A DNA stretch of 64,000 nt from NCBI GenBank assembly GCA_902560725.1, contig CACEMR010000005.1:3287-67286 (forward strand), given 5' to 3'. Position 1 is the first letter of the stretch. The number at the start of each line of letters is the position of its first letter. The notes under the pieces are model-generated. The model ran no database searches, was not told the origin of the DNA, and saw only the letters and a list, made by a program, of their open reading frames with translations. Origin of the DNA: an uncultured Alphaproteobacteria bacterium. GTDB lineage: Bacteria > Pseudomonadota > Alphaproteobacteria > HIMB59 > GCA-002718135. Positions 1 to 9,160 of the stretch are shown here, in pieces. The translations under genes and the position numbers were made by a program.

Positions 1-189
1 TGAAATTATTAAAGATTCAGAAAGTTAATATGATCACAAATAACAAAAATAAAATTAATTCAATTAAAAAAGCAGGTATTAAAGTTGAGAATCAAGTTAA
101 TACAAAACCAACATTAAATAAATTTAATAAAAATTATTTTAAAACAAGAATTAAAAAAACTGGATATGGTTTAAAAATAGCTGTTTAAT
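1..189 (+). CDS. ribA: GTP cyclohydrolase II (RibA or C-terminal part of RibBA), 3' fragment cut by window edge
   Basis: Frame 3 reads ...KVNMITNNKNKINSIKKAGIKVENQV..NKNYFKTRIKKTGYGL. This is colinear with the RibA C-terminus (LLTNNPxKxxxLxxxGIxVxERVP....YLxTKxxKxGHxL). Stop TAA at 187-189. Confidence 0.75.
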
Positions 190-636
190 ATGAAAAAATT
201 TCCAAAAATAAAATTACTCCTAACAAATGGTAAAGAATTTGAAAGTTCTAAAATTAAAAATTCTATCGTTTTGTTCTTTTATCCAAAAGCTTTAACAGGA
301 GGTTGTTCATTGGAAGTTGCTGATTTTCAAAATTATTTAAATAAATTTAAAAAACTAGGTTATGATTTAATAGGAGCTTCTAAAGACTCTGTTGAGAGAA
401 ATATCAAATTTTCTGATAAGTATAAATTAAAATATCCACTAGGATCAGATGTTGATCAAGATATAGATAAACTTGGTATTTGGATTGAAAAATCAATGTA
501 TGGAAAAAAATATTTTGGAATTAATCGTTCAACTTTTATTATAGATAAAAATCGCAAAATATTAAAGCAATGGAATAAAGTAAAAGTAAAAGGTCATGCT
601 GAAGAAGTTTATAATTTCTGTAAAGACATAAACTAA
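190..636 (+). CDS. bcp: Thiol peroxidase / peroxiredoxin, Bcp type
   Basis: 148 aa. FFYPKALTGGCSLE fits the AhpC-TSA/Bcp peroxidatic-Cys motif (FYPKxxTxGCTxE). Typical length. Confidence 0.85.
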   Translation: MKKFPKIKLLLTNGKEFESSKIKNSIVLFFYPKALTGGCSLEVADFQNYLNKFKKLGYDLIGASKDSVERNIKFSDKYKLKYPLGSDVDQDIDKLGIWIEKSMYGKKYFGINRSTFIIDKNRKILKQWNKVKVKGHAEEVYNFCKDIN

Positions 637-1530
637 TCAATCAATCTTACCTATTTCTTTTTCCCTTTTTATAACAAATAATCCACTTAATGTGATTATG
701 AAAGCACCTATAATCATGGTTGAACTTGGTATTTCATTTAAAATAAAATATCCAAAAATTATTCCAAATAATATTACACTATATCTCGCTGATGCAGTTA
801 AAGATAATGGCGCATAATATACAGTCATAACAGAAAATAAATAGCCAAATAAAACAAAAATACTTGAAATCAAAATATGCGGTGTTTCATCTATTGTAAC
901 ATGGTATCCGAAAATTAACGAAGCTAATCCAGCAAAAAATGTTATTAAAAAAGCAGTAATAAATGTAATTTCTACATTATTAGATTTAGTTGCCAGAGTT
1001 TTTGTTGCAATGTCTCTGATTGTTAAAAATATTGCAGATATAATTGGTAATAAAAATAAATAATTAAAACCAATGTTTTGAGGATTAATTACAACTACAA
1101 CTCCTATAAATCCTATTATAACTGCAGCCCATCTTCTAACTCCAACTTTTTCTTTCAAAAAAAGAAATGCAAAAATTGTTACAAAAAAAGGATTAGTCAT
1201 AAGCAATGTGTAGACTTCAGATATAGGGAGTACAATTAGTGCAATAAAAAAAAATAAAGCAGTCAAAACTTCATATAAACCCCTAATATGAAATCTTTTA
1301 ATTGATAATATTTTGAACAAATTCTTTTTTTCAATAATAATTAAATAAAGTCCTAGTAATATTGTCGTAATACAACCTCTTGTAAAAATTACAGAAAATA
1401 TTGAGGTATCTGTTTCAATATTTTTTACTGCAAGCTTAACAAAGCTATCATTAATTGCAAAAGAAAGCTGCCCTGCCATCATTAATAAAATACCAAATGA
1501 CCCAGTTGAAAATAAGATCTTGCTTTTCAT
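637..1530 (-). CDS. EamA/DMT-family permease
   Basis: 297 aa, about 10 hydrophobic spans in two EamA-like halves. Has the LKEKVGVRRWAAVIIGFIGVVVV motif typical of the end of the first half. Confidence 0.8.
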   Translation of the reverse strand: MKSKILFSTGSFGILLMMAGQLSFAINDSFVKLAVKNIETDTSIFSVIFTRGCITTILLGLYLIIIEKKNLFKILSIKRFHIRGLYEVLTALFFFIALIVLPISEVYTLLMTNPFFVTIFAFLFLKEKVGVRRWAAVIIGFIGVVVVINPQNIGFNYLFLLPIISAIFLTIRDIATKTLATKSNNVEITFITAFLITFFAGLASLIFGYHVTIDETPHILISSIFVLFGYLFSVMTVYYAPLSLTASARYSVILFGIIFGYFILNEIPSSTMIIGAFIITLSGLFVIKREKEIGKID

Positions 1531-1554
1531 AGAAAAAAAAAATATTTAAATATT

Positions 1555-2886
1555 ATGTTACAAACTAATAGTTCTAGCCATCTATACGGATTTACTGATT
1601 TAAAGTCATTAAATGAAAGAGGTCCACTTGTTATTTCTTATGGAAAAGGAATTTATGTGTATGATACTAAAGGAAATAAATATTTAGATGCAAATTCTGG
1701 TCTTTGGAATGCATGTGCTGGTTTTGATCATCCAGGACTAATTGAAGTAGCAAAGAAACAATATGAAAAGTTTGCTGGTTATCACTCTTTGTTTGGTCGT
1801 TTATCTGAAGAAACACTAGAACTTTCAGAAAAATTAATAGAAGTATCACCATTTAGTCAAGGTAAAGTATTTTTTTGTAATTCTGGATCAGAAGCAAATG
1901 ACACAATGATAAAAATGCTTTGGATGTTCAATGCTAGAAAGGGTAGTCCACATAAAAGAAAAATTATTACACGAATTAATGGTTATCATGGCGTAACCAT
2001 TGGCGCGGCATCTATGACAGGAAAACCATATAATAAAGAATTTGGATTACCTTTAAAAGAATTTATACATGCAGATTGCCCACATTTTTGGAAATTTGGT
2101 TTAAATAATGAGTCTGAAGAAGAGTTTTCAAAAAGAATGGCTTCAAATTTAGAAACTTTAATTTTAAAAGAAGATCCAGAAACGATAGCTGGATTTGTAG
2201 CTGAACCTGTTCAGGGAGCTGGTGGCGTAATACCTCCATCAAAAAATTATTTCAATTTAATTCAACCAATTCTTAAAAAATACAAAATACCTCTAATAGC
2301 TGATGAAGTTATTTGTGGATTTGGCAGAACAGGTGAATTATGGGGTTGTGATACATACAATATAAAACCAGATATAATTATTTCATCTAAATGTTTGACT
2401 GCAGGTTATTTTCCTATGGGGGCATTAATAGTTGATAAAAAATTTTCAGATCAATTTGTTGAAATATCTGAAGAAGCAGAAGAATTTCCTCATGGTTTTA
2501 CAGCAGGCGGACATCCAGTTGGATGTGCCATTGCATTAAAAGCAATTGATATAATTATAAATGAAGGTTTATTAGATAATGTTAAATCTGTATCTCCATA
2601 TTTTATGAATAGATTAAATGAGTTCAATAAATATGATAATATAGGAGAAACCAGAGGTGTTGGTTTGATGGCCGCTCTAGAAATGGTAAAAAATAAAAAA
2701 ACAAAAGAGCCATTTGATGGGCATTTAAACATGGGTGATAAAGTAGCTAATTTATCTATTGATAATGGTTTGATATGTAGGCCCTTAGGTCCAGCTATTG
2801 TTTTGTGTCCGCAATTTATAATAAATAATAATCAAATTGATAAAATTTTTGACTCGTTACACAAAACTATAAAAGAAATTTTTTAG
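1555..2886 (+). CDS. Class-III (omega) PLP-dependent aminotransferase
   Basis: 443 aa. Contains SGSEANDTMIKM, DEVICGFGRTG and the PLP-lysine context DIIISSKCLTAGYFPMGA. Confidence 0.9.
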   Translation: MLQTNSSSHLYGFTDLKSLNERGPLVISYGKGIYVYDTKGNKYLDANSGLWNACAGFDHPGLIEVAKKQYEKFAGYHSLFGRLSEETLELSEKLIEVSPFSQGKVFFCNSGSEANDTMIKMLWMFNARKGSPHKRKIITRINGYHGVTIGAASMTGKPYNKEFGLPLKEFIHADCPHFWKFGLNNESEEEFSKRMASNLETLILKEDPETIAGFVAEPVQGAGGVIPPSKNYFNLIQPILKKYKIPLIADEVICGFGRTGELWGCDTYNIKPDIIISSKCLTAGYFPMGALIVDKKFSDQFVEISEEAEEFPHGFTAGGHPVGCAIALKAIDIIINEGLLDNVKSVSPYFMNRLNEFNKYDNIGETRGVGLMAALEMVKNKKTKEPFDGHLNMGDKVANLSIDNGLICRPLGPAIVLCPQFIINNNQIDKIFDSLHKTIKEIF

Positions 2887-2891
2887 CTAAT

Positions 2892-3203
2892 TCAATTTTC
2901 GTATTTAACAATAAACCCAGAATATTTAACATTGCTAATAATACTATTTGGTATTACTCCTTCAACTAGCGCCATTTCAGGGCCATTTTTAGCTTTTTCT
3001 GTAATTGATAGAATACTTTGCATATCTCCTTGAATTATTGCTTCAACCTCATCTTTACTTTCTTTATTTTGAATGTAACCATTTAGACCCAAGGATATTG
3101 CAATATCGCTAAACCAATGTCTAAATCCAACATTTTGCACTTTTCCTTTTATAATCAATCTGTATGTTTTTATTTCATTTGTATTCATACTTGTTTCTAT
3201 CAA
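2892..3203 (-). CDS. acyP: Acylphosphatase
   Basis: 103 aa. IKGKVQNVGFRHW matches the acylphosphatase signature V.G.VQGVGFR. Second motif GYIQN...VEAIIQG. Confidence 0.85.
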   Translation of the reverse strand: MIETSMNTNEIKTYRLIIKGKVQNVGFRHWFSDIAISLGLNGYIQNKESKDEVEAIIQGDMQSILSITEKAKNGPEMALVEGVIPNSIISNVKYSGFIVKYEN

Positions 3204-3259
3204 TTCTTAGATAATAATATAATAACTATTATGTTTGATACAATATAATTTCTAAAAAA

Positions 3260-4135
3260 ATGATTAATAAAAATGTAATTACAGCTTCCAGTTTCATTAT
3301 ATTAGCAGGTACTTTTTTCGTTACCAATGATGCCATAATTAATTATTTAGCTGAAAATAGAATTAAATTTTATCATTTTATTTTTTATGGAATACCAGCA
3401 TACATCGCAGTTCCAATTTATTTATTCTTTAATGGAAGTTTAAAAAAAAATTTAAAATGTACGAATTATTATATACCACTAATTCGCAGTTTTATTTTTG
3501 CGCCAATGCCATTTATTACATTTATTTGTTTAGAAAATATTAAACTTCCTGAATTTACAACATTAAATATGGCATCTCCGTTAATAGCATCTATATTTGC
3601 AATTTTTCTTTTAAAAGAAAAATTGAATATTTTTACATATTTTTCATTAACCTTAGGTTTTTTGGGAGTTTTGTTTGTGATACAGCCTGGTTTCGAAAAT
3701 TTTAATATATATTTTTTAGTTACTTTAATTGGAGTTATTTTTATAACAACTACAACTCTAATTGTTAATAAATATCATTATGTTACTACCGCTTCAGGTT
3801 TTTTTATCTATGGAGGATTGATAATTCATATAGTTTCAATAGTATTTTTTATTTATGATCCAATTATTGTTAACTATTTAGAATTTTTTTTAATAACAAC
3901 TGCTTCAATATTTATTAATGCAGCTATATTCTTAGTTACTACAGCCCTTAGAATGGCTCAAAAATATTATTCTTCCGTTTTTTGTCTTGTTTATTTACAA
4001 GTCGTATGGTCTTCACTAGTAGGTATCTTTATATTTGATGAATATATGAATCTTTTTGCTTATTTCGGTGCTTTTTTCATTGTGTTAAGTGGTATTTTTT
4101 CAATACCTTCTCAATTGAAACAATTAAAAAAATAA
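3260..4135 (+). CDS. EamA/DMT-family permease
   Basis: 291 aa polytopic membrane protein. LLKEKLNIFTYFSLTLGFLGVLFVIQPG resembles the EamA inter-domain motif. Confidence 0.7.
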   Translation: MINKNVITASSFIILAGTFFVTNDAIINYLAENRIKFYHFIFYGIPAYIAVPIYLFFNGSLKKNLKCTNYYIPLIRSFIFAPMPFITFICLENIKLPEFTTLNMASPLIASIFAIFLLKEKLNIFTYFSLTLGFLGVLFVIQPGFENFNIYFLVTLIGVIFITTTTLIVNKYHYVTTASGFFIYGGLIIHIVSIVFFIYDPIIVNYLEFFLITTASIFINAAIFLVTTALRMAQKYYSSVFCLVYLQVVWSSLVGIFIFDEYMNLFAYFGAFFIVLSGIFSIPSQLKQLKK

Positions 4136-4136
4136 A

Positions 4137-4874
4137 ATGAAAATCTACATATTAATAATAATAATAATAATCTTTAATAAAAATATTCATTCTAGTGAAA
4201 TTCAAATACTTGATGAAGTAAAAGGAACAGGTATTGAAATAGTTAATCATTCTAAAGTTTCAGTACATTATATAGGGAAATTAGAGGATCAAAGTGAATT
4301 TGATAATTCATATAAACGAAATGAGTATTTTAAATTTCAAGTTGGAACCAGACAAGTAATTCAAGGTTGGGAAATAGGATTATTAGGCATGCAAGTTGGA
4401 GGAAAAAGAACGATTTTTATCCCTTATGAACTTGCTTATGGAGATAATGGCACGGGTAATATTATACCTCCAAAATCAAATCTGATTTTTGATATAGAAG
4501 TTTTTGAAATCATTCCTCCTCAATATAAAGAATTGGATAGTCTTCAACTAAAATTAGCAATGACAGATGATCAATTTAAAATTTTTGATATTAGGATCAT
4601 TGAAGAAGTTAAAAAATCTGGGATAATTCCAGGATCAATACTATCAACCGCATTTGATAAACAAGGGAATTTTATTCAAAAATTTTTAAATGATTATCAA
4701 GAGATTATTAATCCCGGAGATAAAGTTTTATTCGTAAGTCAAAATGGTCAAATATCTTCTATATTGGCAAATGGTTTTGTAGAACAGCTAAAACAAAATA
4801 ATATTTATCATTTAAAAAATGGTATCGAAGGATTAAAAGAAATTAATTTTGAGTTTGAAAAAATTAAAAATTAA
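4137..4874 (+). CDS. Secreted FKBP-type peptidyl-prolyl isomerase fused to a rhodanese-like domain (catalytic Cys replaced by Ser)
   Basis: 245 aa with a signal-like N-terminus MKIYILIIIIIIFNKNIHS. FKBP core: VHYIGKL..FDNSY..F.FQVG..QVIQGWEIGLLGMQVGGKR..IPYELAYG. C-terminal rhodanese-like pattern: FDIR..EEV..GIIPGS ... LFVSQNGQISS ... YHLKNGIEGL. Confidence 0.8.
   Translation: MKIYILIIIIIIFNKNIHSSEIQILDEVKGTGIEIVNHSKVSVHYIGKLEDQSEFDNSYKRNEYFKFQVGTRQVIQGWEIGLLGMQVGGKRTIFIPYELAYGDNGTGNIIPPKSNLIFDIEVFEIIPPQYKELDSLQLKLAMTDDQFKIFDIRIIEEVKKSGIIPGSILSTAFDKQGNFIQKFLNDYQEIINPGDKVLFVSQNGQISSILANGFVEQLKQNNIYHLKNGIEGLKEINFEFEKIKN
4153..4170 (+). repeat. (TAA)6 trinucleotide repeat inside the signal peptide of the FKBP gene (read as ATA codons, poly-Ile)
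   Basis: Sequence taataataataataataa seen directly. It is in frame and encodes IIIII. Confidence 0.9.
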
Positions 4875-5667
4875 TTTTCTTATTTTTATTTGCAGCATAA
4901 TTTAAAATAAATTGCCATGCTGTTCTACCTGTTCTATTTCCTCTTTGCAAACTCCATCTTATAGCTTCTTTATTTGTATTTTGATTATATTCTAATTTAA
5001 ATTCCTCACAATATTTTTCAATAATTTTTATGAAATCGTCTTGAGATAAATTATGAAAACCTATCCATAATCCAAATCTATCACTTAAACTAATTTTTTC
5101 TTCAACACTTTCATCAGTATGTATAGCAGATGATCTTTCATTATCAATCATATCTCTTGGCATTAAGTGTCTTCGATTTGATGTCACATATAAAATAATG
5201 TTGGTAGGTTGATTTTGTATACTTCCATCTAGAGTGGATTTAATTATTTTATAATCACTATCTATTTTTTCAAAAGATAAATCATCTATGAACAAAATAA
5301 AATTATACTTTTTAAATTTACCTAATTTTTCATAAATAATTTCTATATCAAAAATATTGTTTTTATTTATCTGTATTAATTTTAGTTTTTTATTATTTTT
5401 GTTTACTCTGTCAAAAACTGATTTTATTAAAGAACTTTTTCCATTTCCTCTTGAACCCCAAAGCAATGCATTGTTGGTAAAATTACCATTGGCAAAGTTA
5501 TTTGTATTATCTAATAATATTTTTTTTTGCCTATCAATGCCTACTAACAAATTTATATCTATAAAATTCAAACTTTGAATATTTTTAATTTTTTTAACTT
5601 TACTATCCCAAATGAAGGAATCATACTTTGATAGCTGATTTTTGATGAGTAAATCCTTTAAAAACAT
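4864..5667 (-). CDS. DUF815-type AAA/P-loop ATPase
   Basis: 267 aa. Walker A LLWGSRGNGKSSLIKS and Walker B-like ILFIDDLSFE. Sits upstream of and divergent from yajC-secDF, as in many alphaproteobacteria. Confidence 0.75.
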   Translation of the reverse strand: MFLKDLLIKNQLSKYDSFIWDSKVKKIKNIQSLNFIDINLLVGIDRQKKILLDNTNNFANGNFTNNALLWGSRGNGKSSLIKSVFDRVNKNNKKLKLIQINKNNIFDIEIIYEKLGKFKKYNFILFIDDLSFEKIDSDYKIIKSTLDGSIQNQPTNIILYVTSNRRHLMPRDMIDNERSSAIHTDESVEEKISLSDRFGLWIGFHNLSQDDFIKIIEKYCEEFKLEYNQNTNKEAIRWSLQRGNRTGRTAWQFILNYAANKNKKINF

Positions 5668-5742
5668 AATAAATAGTTTAATTGATTTTTCTTATTACAC
5701 AGTATAATAAATCTCACAAATTAAATCATCATAGGTACTTTT

Positions 5743-6087
5743 ATGGAAGCTTTCGGCACTTTTTTACCACTTATCTTAATATTCGCTGTTTTTTACTTTC
5801 TTTTGATAAGACCTCAACAAAGAAAAGTTAAACAACACAAAGAAATGTTATCAAATTTAAAGCGAGGCGATAAAATAATTACATCAGGAGGTATTATTTG
5901 TACAATTAACAAAGTCTCTGATAATAGAGAATTGACAGTTGAAGTATCAGATAATGTTGAAATTAAAATCGCACCAGGAATGGTTGCTGATTTATATTCA
6001 ATTCCTGAAGTTCAAAAAAAAGCACCTCCAAAAAAAGAAGATAATAATAAATCGGGACTATCGAGTCTTTTTTCAAGAAAAAAATAA
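5743..6087 (+). CDS. yajC: Preprotein translocase subunit YajC
   Basis: 114 aa with a single N-terminal TM. RPQQRKVKQHKEMLSNLKRGDKIITSGGIICTI matches the YajC consensus. Immediately precedes secD. Confidence 0.9.
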   Translation: MEAFGTFLPLILIFAVFYFLLIRPQQRKVKQHKEMLSNLKRGDKIITSGGIICTINKVSDNRELTVEVSDNVEIKIAPGMVADLYSIPEVQKKAPPKKEDNNKSGLSSLFSRKK

Positions 6088-6099
6088 TTAAACTCATAA

Positions 6100-7650
6100 A
6101 TGAAAAATTATCCTATTTGGAAATCATTTACAGTTATATCTTTAGTTTTACTTGGAATAATATTTTCAATACCATCATTAGTATATGATGAAAATTCTGA
6201 AAATTGGTTTTTAAAAAATAAAATAAATTTAGGCTTGGATCTTCAAGGAGGGTCATATTTATTATTGGAAGTTCAGTTAGATGTTTTGTATGATGAAGAG
6301 TTGGAAAATTTTAGCGATAGTATTCGTTTATTAGCAAGAGATAATCAAACAAAAATAAATCAAATTAATACTCAAAATAATGAAGTTATTGTTACATTTA
6401 ATAACAATAATAAAATTGATGAAATAAAAAATAGTTTTTTTCAAATGTATAGAGGTATTTCACTCCAAGTTTCAAATAATCAATTAACAATCAAACTTGA
6501 TGATTTGTATAAAAAAACTATTCAAGACTCTGCAATTAAGCAATCTTTAGAAATTGTTCGAAAAAGAATTGATGAATCTGGTACAAAAGAACCTTTAATT
6601 CAGCGATCTGGTAAAAAAAGGATATTGTTGCAGTTGCCTGGTGTAAAAGATCCTGAAAGAATTAAAGAATTACTTGGTAAGACTGCAAAATTAACTTTCC
6701 ATTTAGTTGATGACGAAAATATAGATGCATTAAATGCAAATATTGAGCCTTTTGGAAAAATGATTGTATCAGATATATATGATGATAAAATTAAATACTT
6801 ATTAGATAAACGTTCGCTTGTTGGCGGTGAAAACTTAGTAGATGCTAAAGGATCATTTGATCAAACTGAAGGTCATGCCGTTTCTTTTAGATTTGATACA
6901 GAGGGTGCACAAAAATTTGGAAAAGCTACATCAAATAATATTGGTAAGCGTTTAGCAGTATTATTAGACGGTGTAGTTATTACAGCCCCTAGAATTAATA
7001 GCGCTATAACTGGAGGGTCAGGAATAATAACAGGTAATTTTAATGCTCAAGAAGCTTCTGATTTAGCAGTTTTGCTTAGAGCAGGGGCTCTACCTGCACC
7101 TTTAGAAATTGTTGAAGAACGTTCTGTTGGTGCTGGTTTAGGAGCTGACTCAATTGCTGCTGGAAAAATTGCGGCTTTTATTGGAATGATGTTAGTATGT
7201 ATATTTATGATACTCATCTACGGCTCATTTGGGGCAATTGCGAATGTTTCATTGATTGCAAATATTTTTATTATTATATCATTATTAGGAACTATTGGTG
7301 CTACACTAACATTACCAGGTATAGCAGGAATTGTTTTAACGATTGGAATGGCTGTTGATGCTAATGTTTTGATATTTGAAAGAATTAAAGAAGAAAGTCT
7401 TAAAAATACTAAAGTTTTTCAAATTGTAAAAAATGGTTTTGATAGAGCTATGTCCACTATTTTAGATGCTAATATTACTACTTTAATTGCAGCTGTACTA
7501 TTATTTGCTTTTGGCTCAGGTCCAATTAGAGGATTTTCAATTACTTTATCATTAGGTGTTATTGCGTCTATGTTTACAGCTTTAATGTTAACAAATTTTC
7601 TATTGTATTTATATTTATCTATTACTAAAAAAAAGGAATTGGTTTTATAA
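6100..7650 (+). CDS. secD: Protein translocase subunit SecD
   Basis: 516 aa. Large periplasmic domain followed by 5 TM. Motifs LGLDLQGG, AGALPAPLEIVEERSVGAGLG and VDANVLIFERIKEE. Confidence 0.95.
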   Translation: MKNYPIWKSFTVISLVLLGIIFSIPSLVYDENSENWFLKNKINLGLDLQGGSYLLLEVQLDVLYDEELENFSDSIRLLARDNQTKINQINTQNNEVIVTFNNNNKIDEIKNSFFQMYRGISLQVSNNQLTIKLDDLYKKTIQDSAIKQSLEIVRKRIDESGTKEPLIQRSGKKRILLQLPGVKDPERIKELLGKTAKLTFHLVDDENIDALNANIEPFGKMIVSDIYDDKIKYLLDKRSLVGGENLVDAKGSFDQTEGHAVSFRFDTEGAQKFGKATSNNIGKRLAVLLDGVVITAPRINSAITGGSGIITGNFNAQEASDLAVLLRAGALPAPLEIVEERSVGAGLGADSIAAGKIAAFIGMMLVCIFMILIYGSFGAIANVSLIANIFIIISLLGTIGATLTLPGIAGIVLTIGMAVDANVLIFERIKEESLKNTKVFQIVKNGFDRAMSTILDANITTLIAAVLLFAFGSGPIRGFSITLSLGVIASMFTALMLTNFLLYLYLSITKKKELVL

Positions 7651-7652
7651 AA

Positions 7653-8552
7653 ATGTTTGGCTTAAATAAAATTATTCCTGTTGAACCAAATATTAATTTT
7701 TTAAGATTAAGAAGGAATTTTCTTATAATTTCTTCTATCGCAATTATTGCCTCAATTGTGTTATTATTTTTTAAAGGTTTAAATTTAGGAATTGATTTTA
7801 AAGGTGGTACTTTAATTGAAGTAAGTACAAAGAATACATCCATTGGAGAATTAAGAGATATATTATCAGTAAGTTTTAATGATGTATCTTTACAAGAATT
7901 TGGCAATGAAAATATAATATTAATTCGATTACAAAATAAAAATAATCAAGAAAGTATAGAAACTATAAATAATGTTAAAGATATTATTCAAGATAAAGTT
8001 GTTGAGTTTAGAAGATCTGAATTTGTAGGACCTACTATTAGTTCTGAATTATTATATAGGGGATTCCAGGCTGTTTCTTTCGCATTAATAGCAATTTTAA
8101 TTTATATATGGTTGAGATTTGAATGGCAGTTTGGCTTTGGTGCTGTAGTTGCTTTAACTCATGATGTTATTTTTACTTTAGGTTTATTATCTATTTTAAA
8201 TGTTGAATTTTCTTTGGCTACAATTGCCGCTATACTAACAATTGCAGGATATTCCATTAATGATACAGTTGTCATATTTGATAGAGTTAGAGAAAATTTA
8301 AGAAAATATAAAAAATTGGAACTTGTGGATTTATTTAATCTATCTGTTAACAATACGTTATCTAGAACCGTTATGACAAGTTTAACAACATTATTAGCTT
8401 TATTTTCTCTATTTATATTTGGTGGAGAAGTAATTAGACCTTTTGCACTAACAATGATTATAGGAGTTATAATTGGAACATATTCTTCTGTTTTTATTGC
8501 GGTTCCAACCTTATTAATTTTTAAGTTTAGACCGCAAGATGATGATGATTAG
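7653..8552 (+). CDS. secF: Protein translocase subunit SecF
   Basis: 299 aa. GIDFKGGT and GYSINDTVVIFDRVRENL motifs. Follows secD by 2 nt. Confidence 0.95.
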   Translation: MFGLNKIIPVEPNINFLRLRRNFLIISSIAIIASIVLLFFKGLNLGIDFKGGTLIEVSTKNTSIGELRDILSVSFNDVSLQEFGNENIILIRLQNKNNQESIETINNVKDIIQDKVVEFRRSEFVGPTISSELLYRGFQAVSFALIAILIYIWLRFEWQFGFGAVVALTHDVIFTLGLLSILNVEFSLATIAAILTIAGYSINDTVVIFDRVRENLRKYKKLELVDLFNLSVNNTLSRTVMTSLTTLLALFSLFIFGGEVIRPFALTMIIGVIIGTYSSVFIAVPTLLIFKFRPQDDDD

Positions 8553-9145
8553 GCATTATTTAAATTTTCAGCTACTTTTTCCCAATTAACAAGATTATCA
8601 ATAAAAGCTTTTAAATAATCTGGTCTTCTATTTCTGTAATCAACATAATATGAATGTTCCCAGACATCACATCCAAGTAGAGGTATATGCCCGTGAACTA
8701 TAGGATTTTCAGCATTAGGTGTTTTAGTGATTTCTAATTTACCTTTATTTAGAACCAACCAACACCATCCTGATCCGAATTGACCAATACCCGCATTAAT
8801 GAAATCTTGCTTCATCTGGTCTACAGAGCCTAAATCTGAATTTATTTTACTTTCTAATTCTGATGGTATCTTGCCATCAGGATTATTACTCATAACTTGC
8901 CAAAAATGTACGTGGTTTATATGTTGTGAAACATTGTTAAATACTGGTAAATTTTTTTGATATGAATTTATTACAATTTCTTCTTCACTATTTTCATTTA
9001 TATTATTTTCTTTAATGAATTTATTACCATTAGTAATGTAAGCCATGTGATGTTTGTCGTGATGCAACTCTAAAGTTTCAGCCGACATGTAAGGCATGAG
9101 AGAATCTTTACTATATGGTAAATCAGGTAACTCTAGATTAATCAT
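8549..9145 (-). CDS. sodB: Fe/Mn superoxide dismutase (Fe-type suspected)
   Basis: 198 aa. LELHHDKHHMAYI, FGSGWCWLV and DVWEHSYYVDYRNRRPDYL are Fe/Mn-SOD signatures. Confidence 0.95.
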   Translation of the reverse strand: MINLELPDLPYSKDSLMPYMSAETLELHHDKHHMAYITNGNKFIKENNINENSEEEIVINSYQKNLPVFNNVSQHINHVHFWQVMSNNPDGKIPSELESKINSDLGSVDQMKQDFINAGIGQFGSGWCWLVLNKGKLEITKTPNAENPIVHGHIPLLGCDVWEHSYYVDYRNRRPDYLKAFIDNLVNWEKVAENLNNA

Positions 9146-9160
9146 TTTATATTCCTTTAA

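Noticed and set aside
4153-4170. The (TAA)6 repeat considered as a phase-variation (on/off) switch.
   Set aside because: Unit length 3 keeps the frame, so slippage can only alter the number of Ile residues. It is kept only as a minor note.
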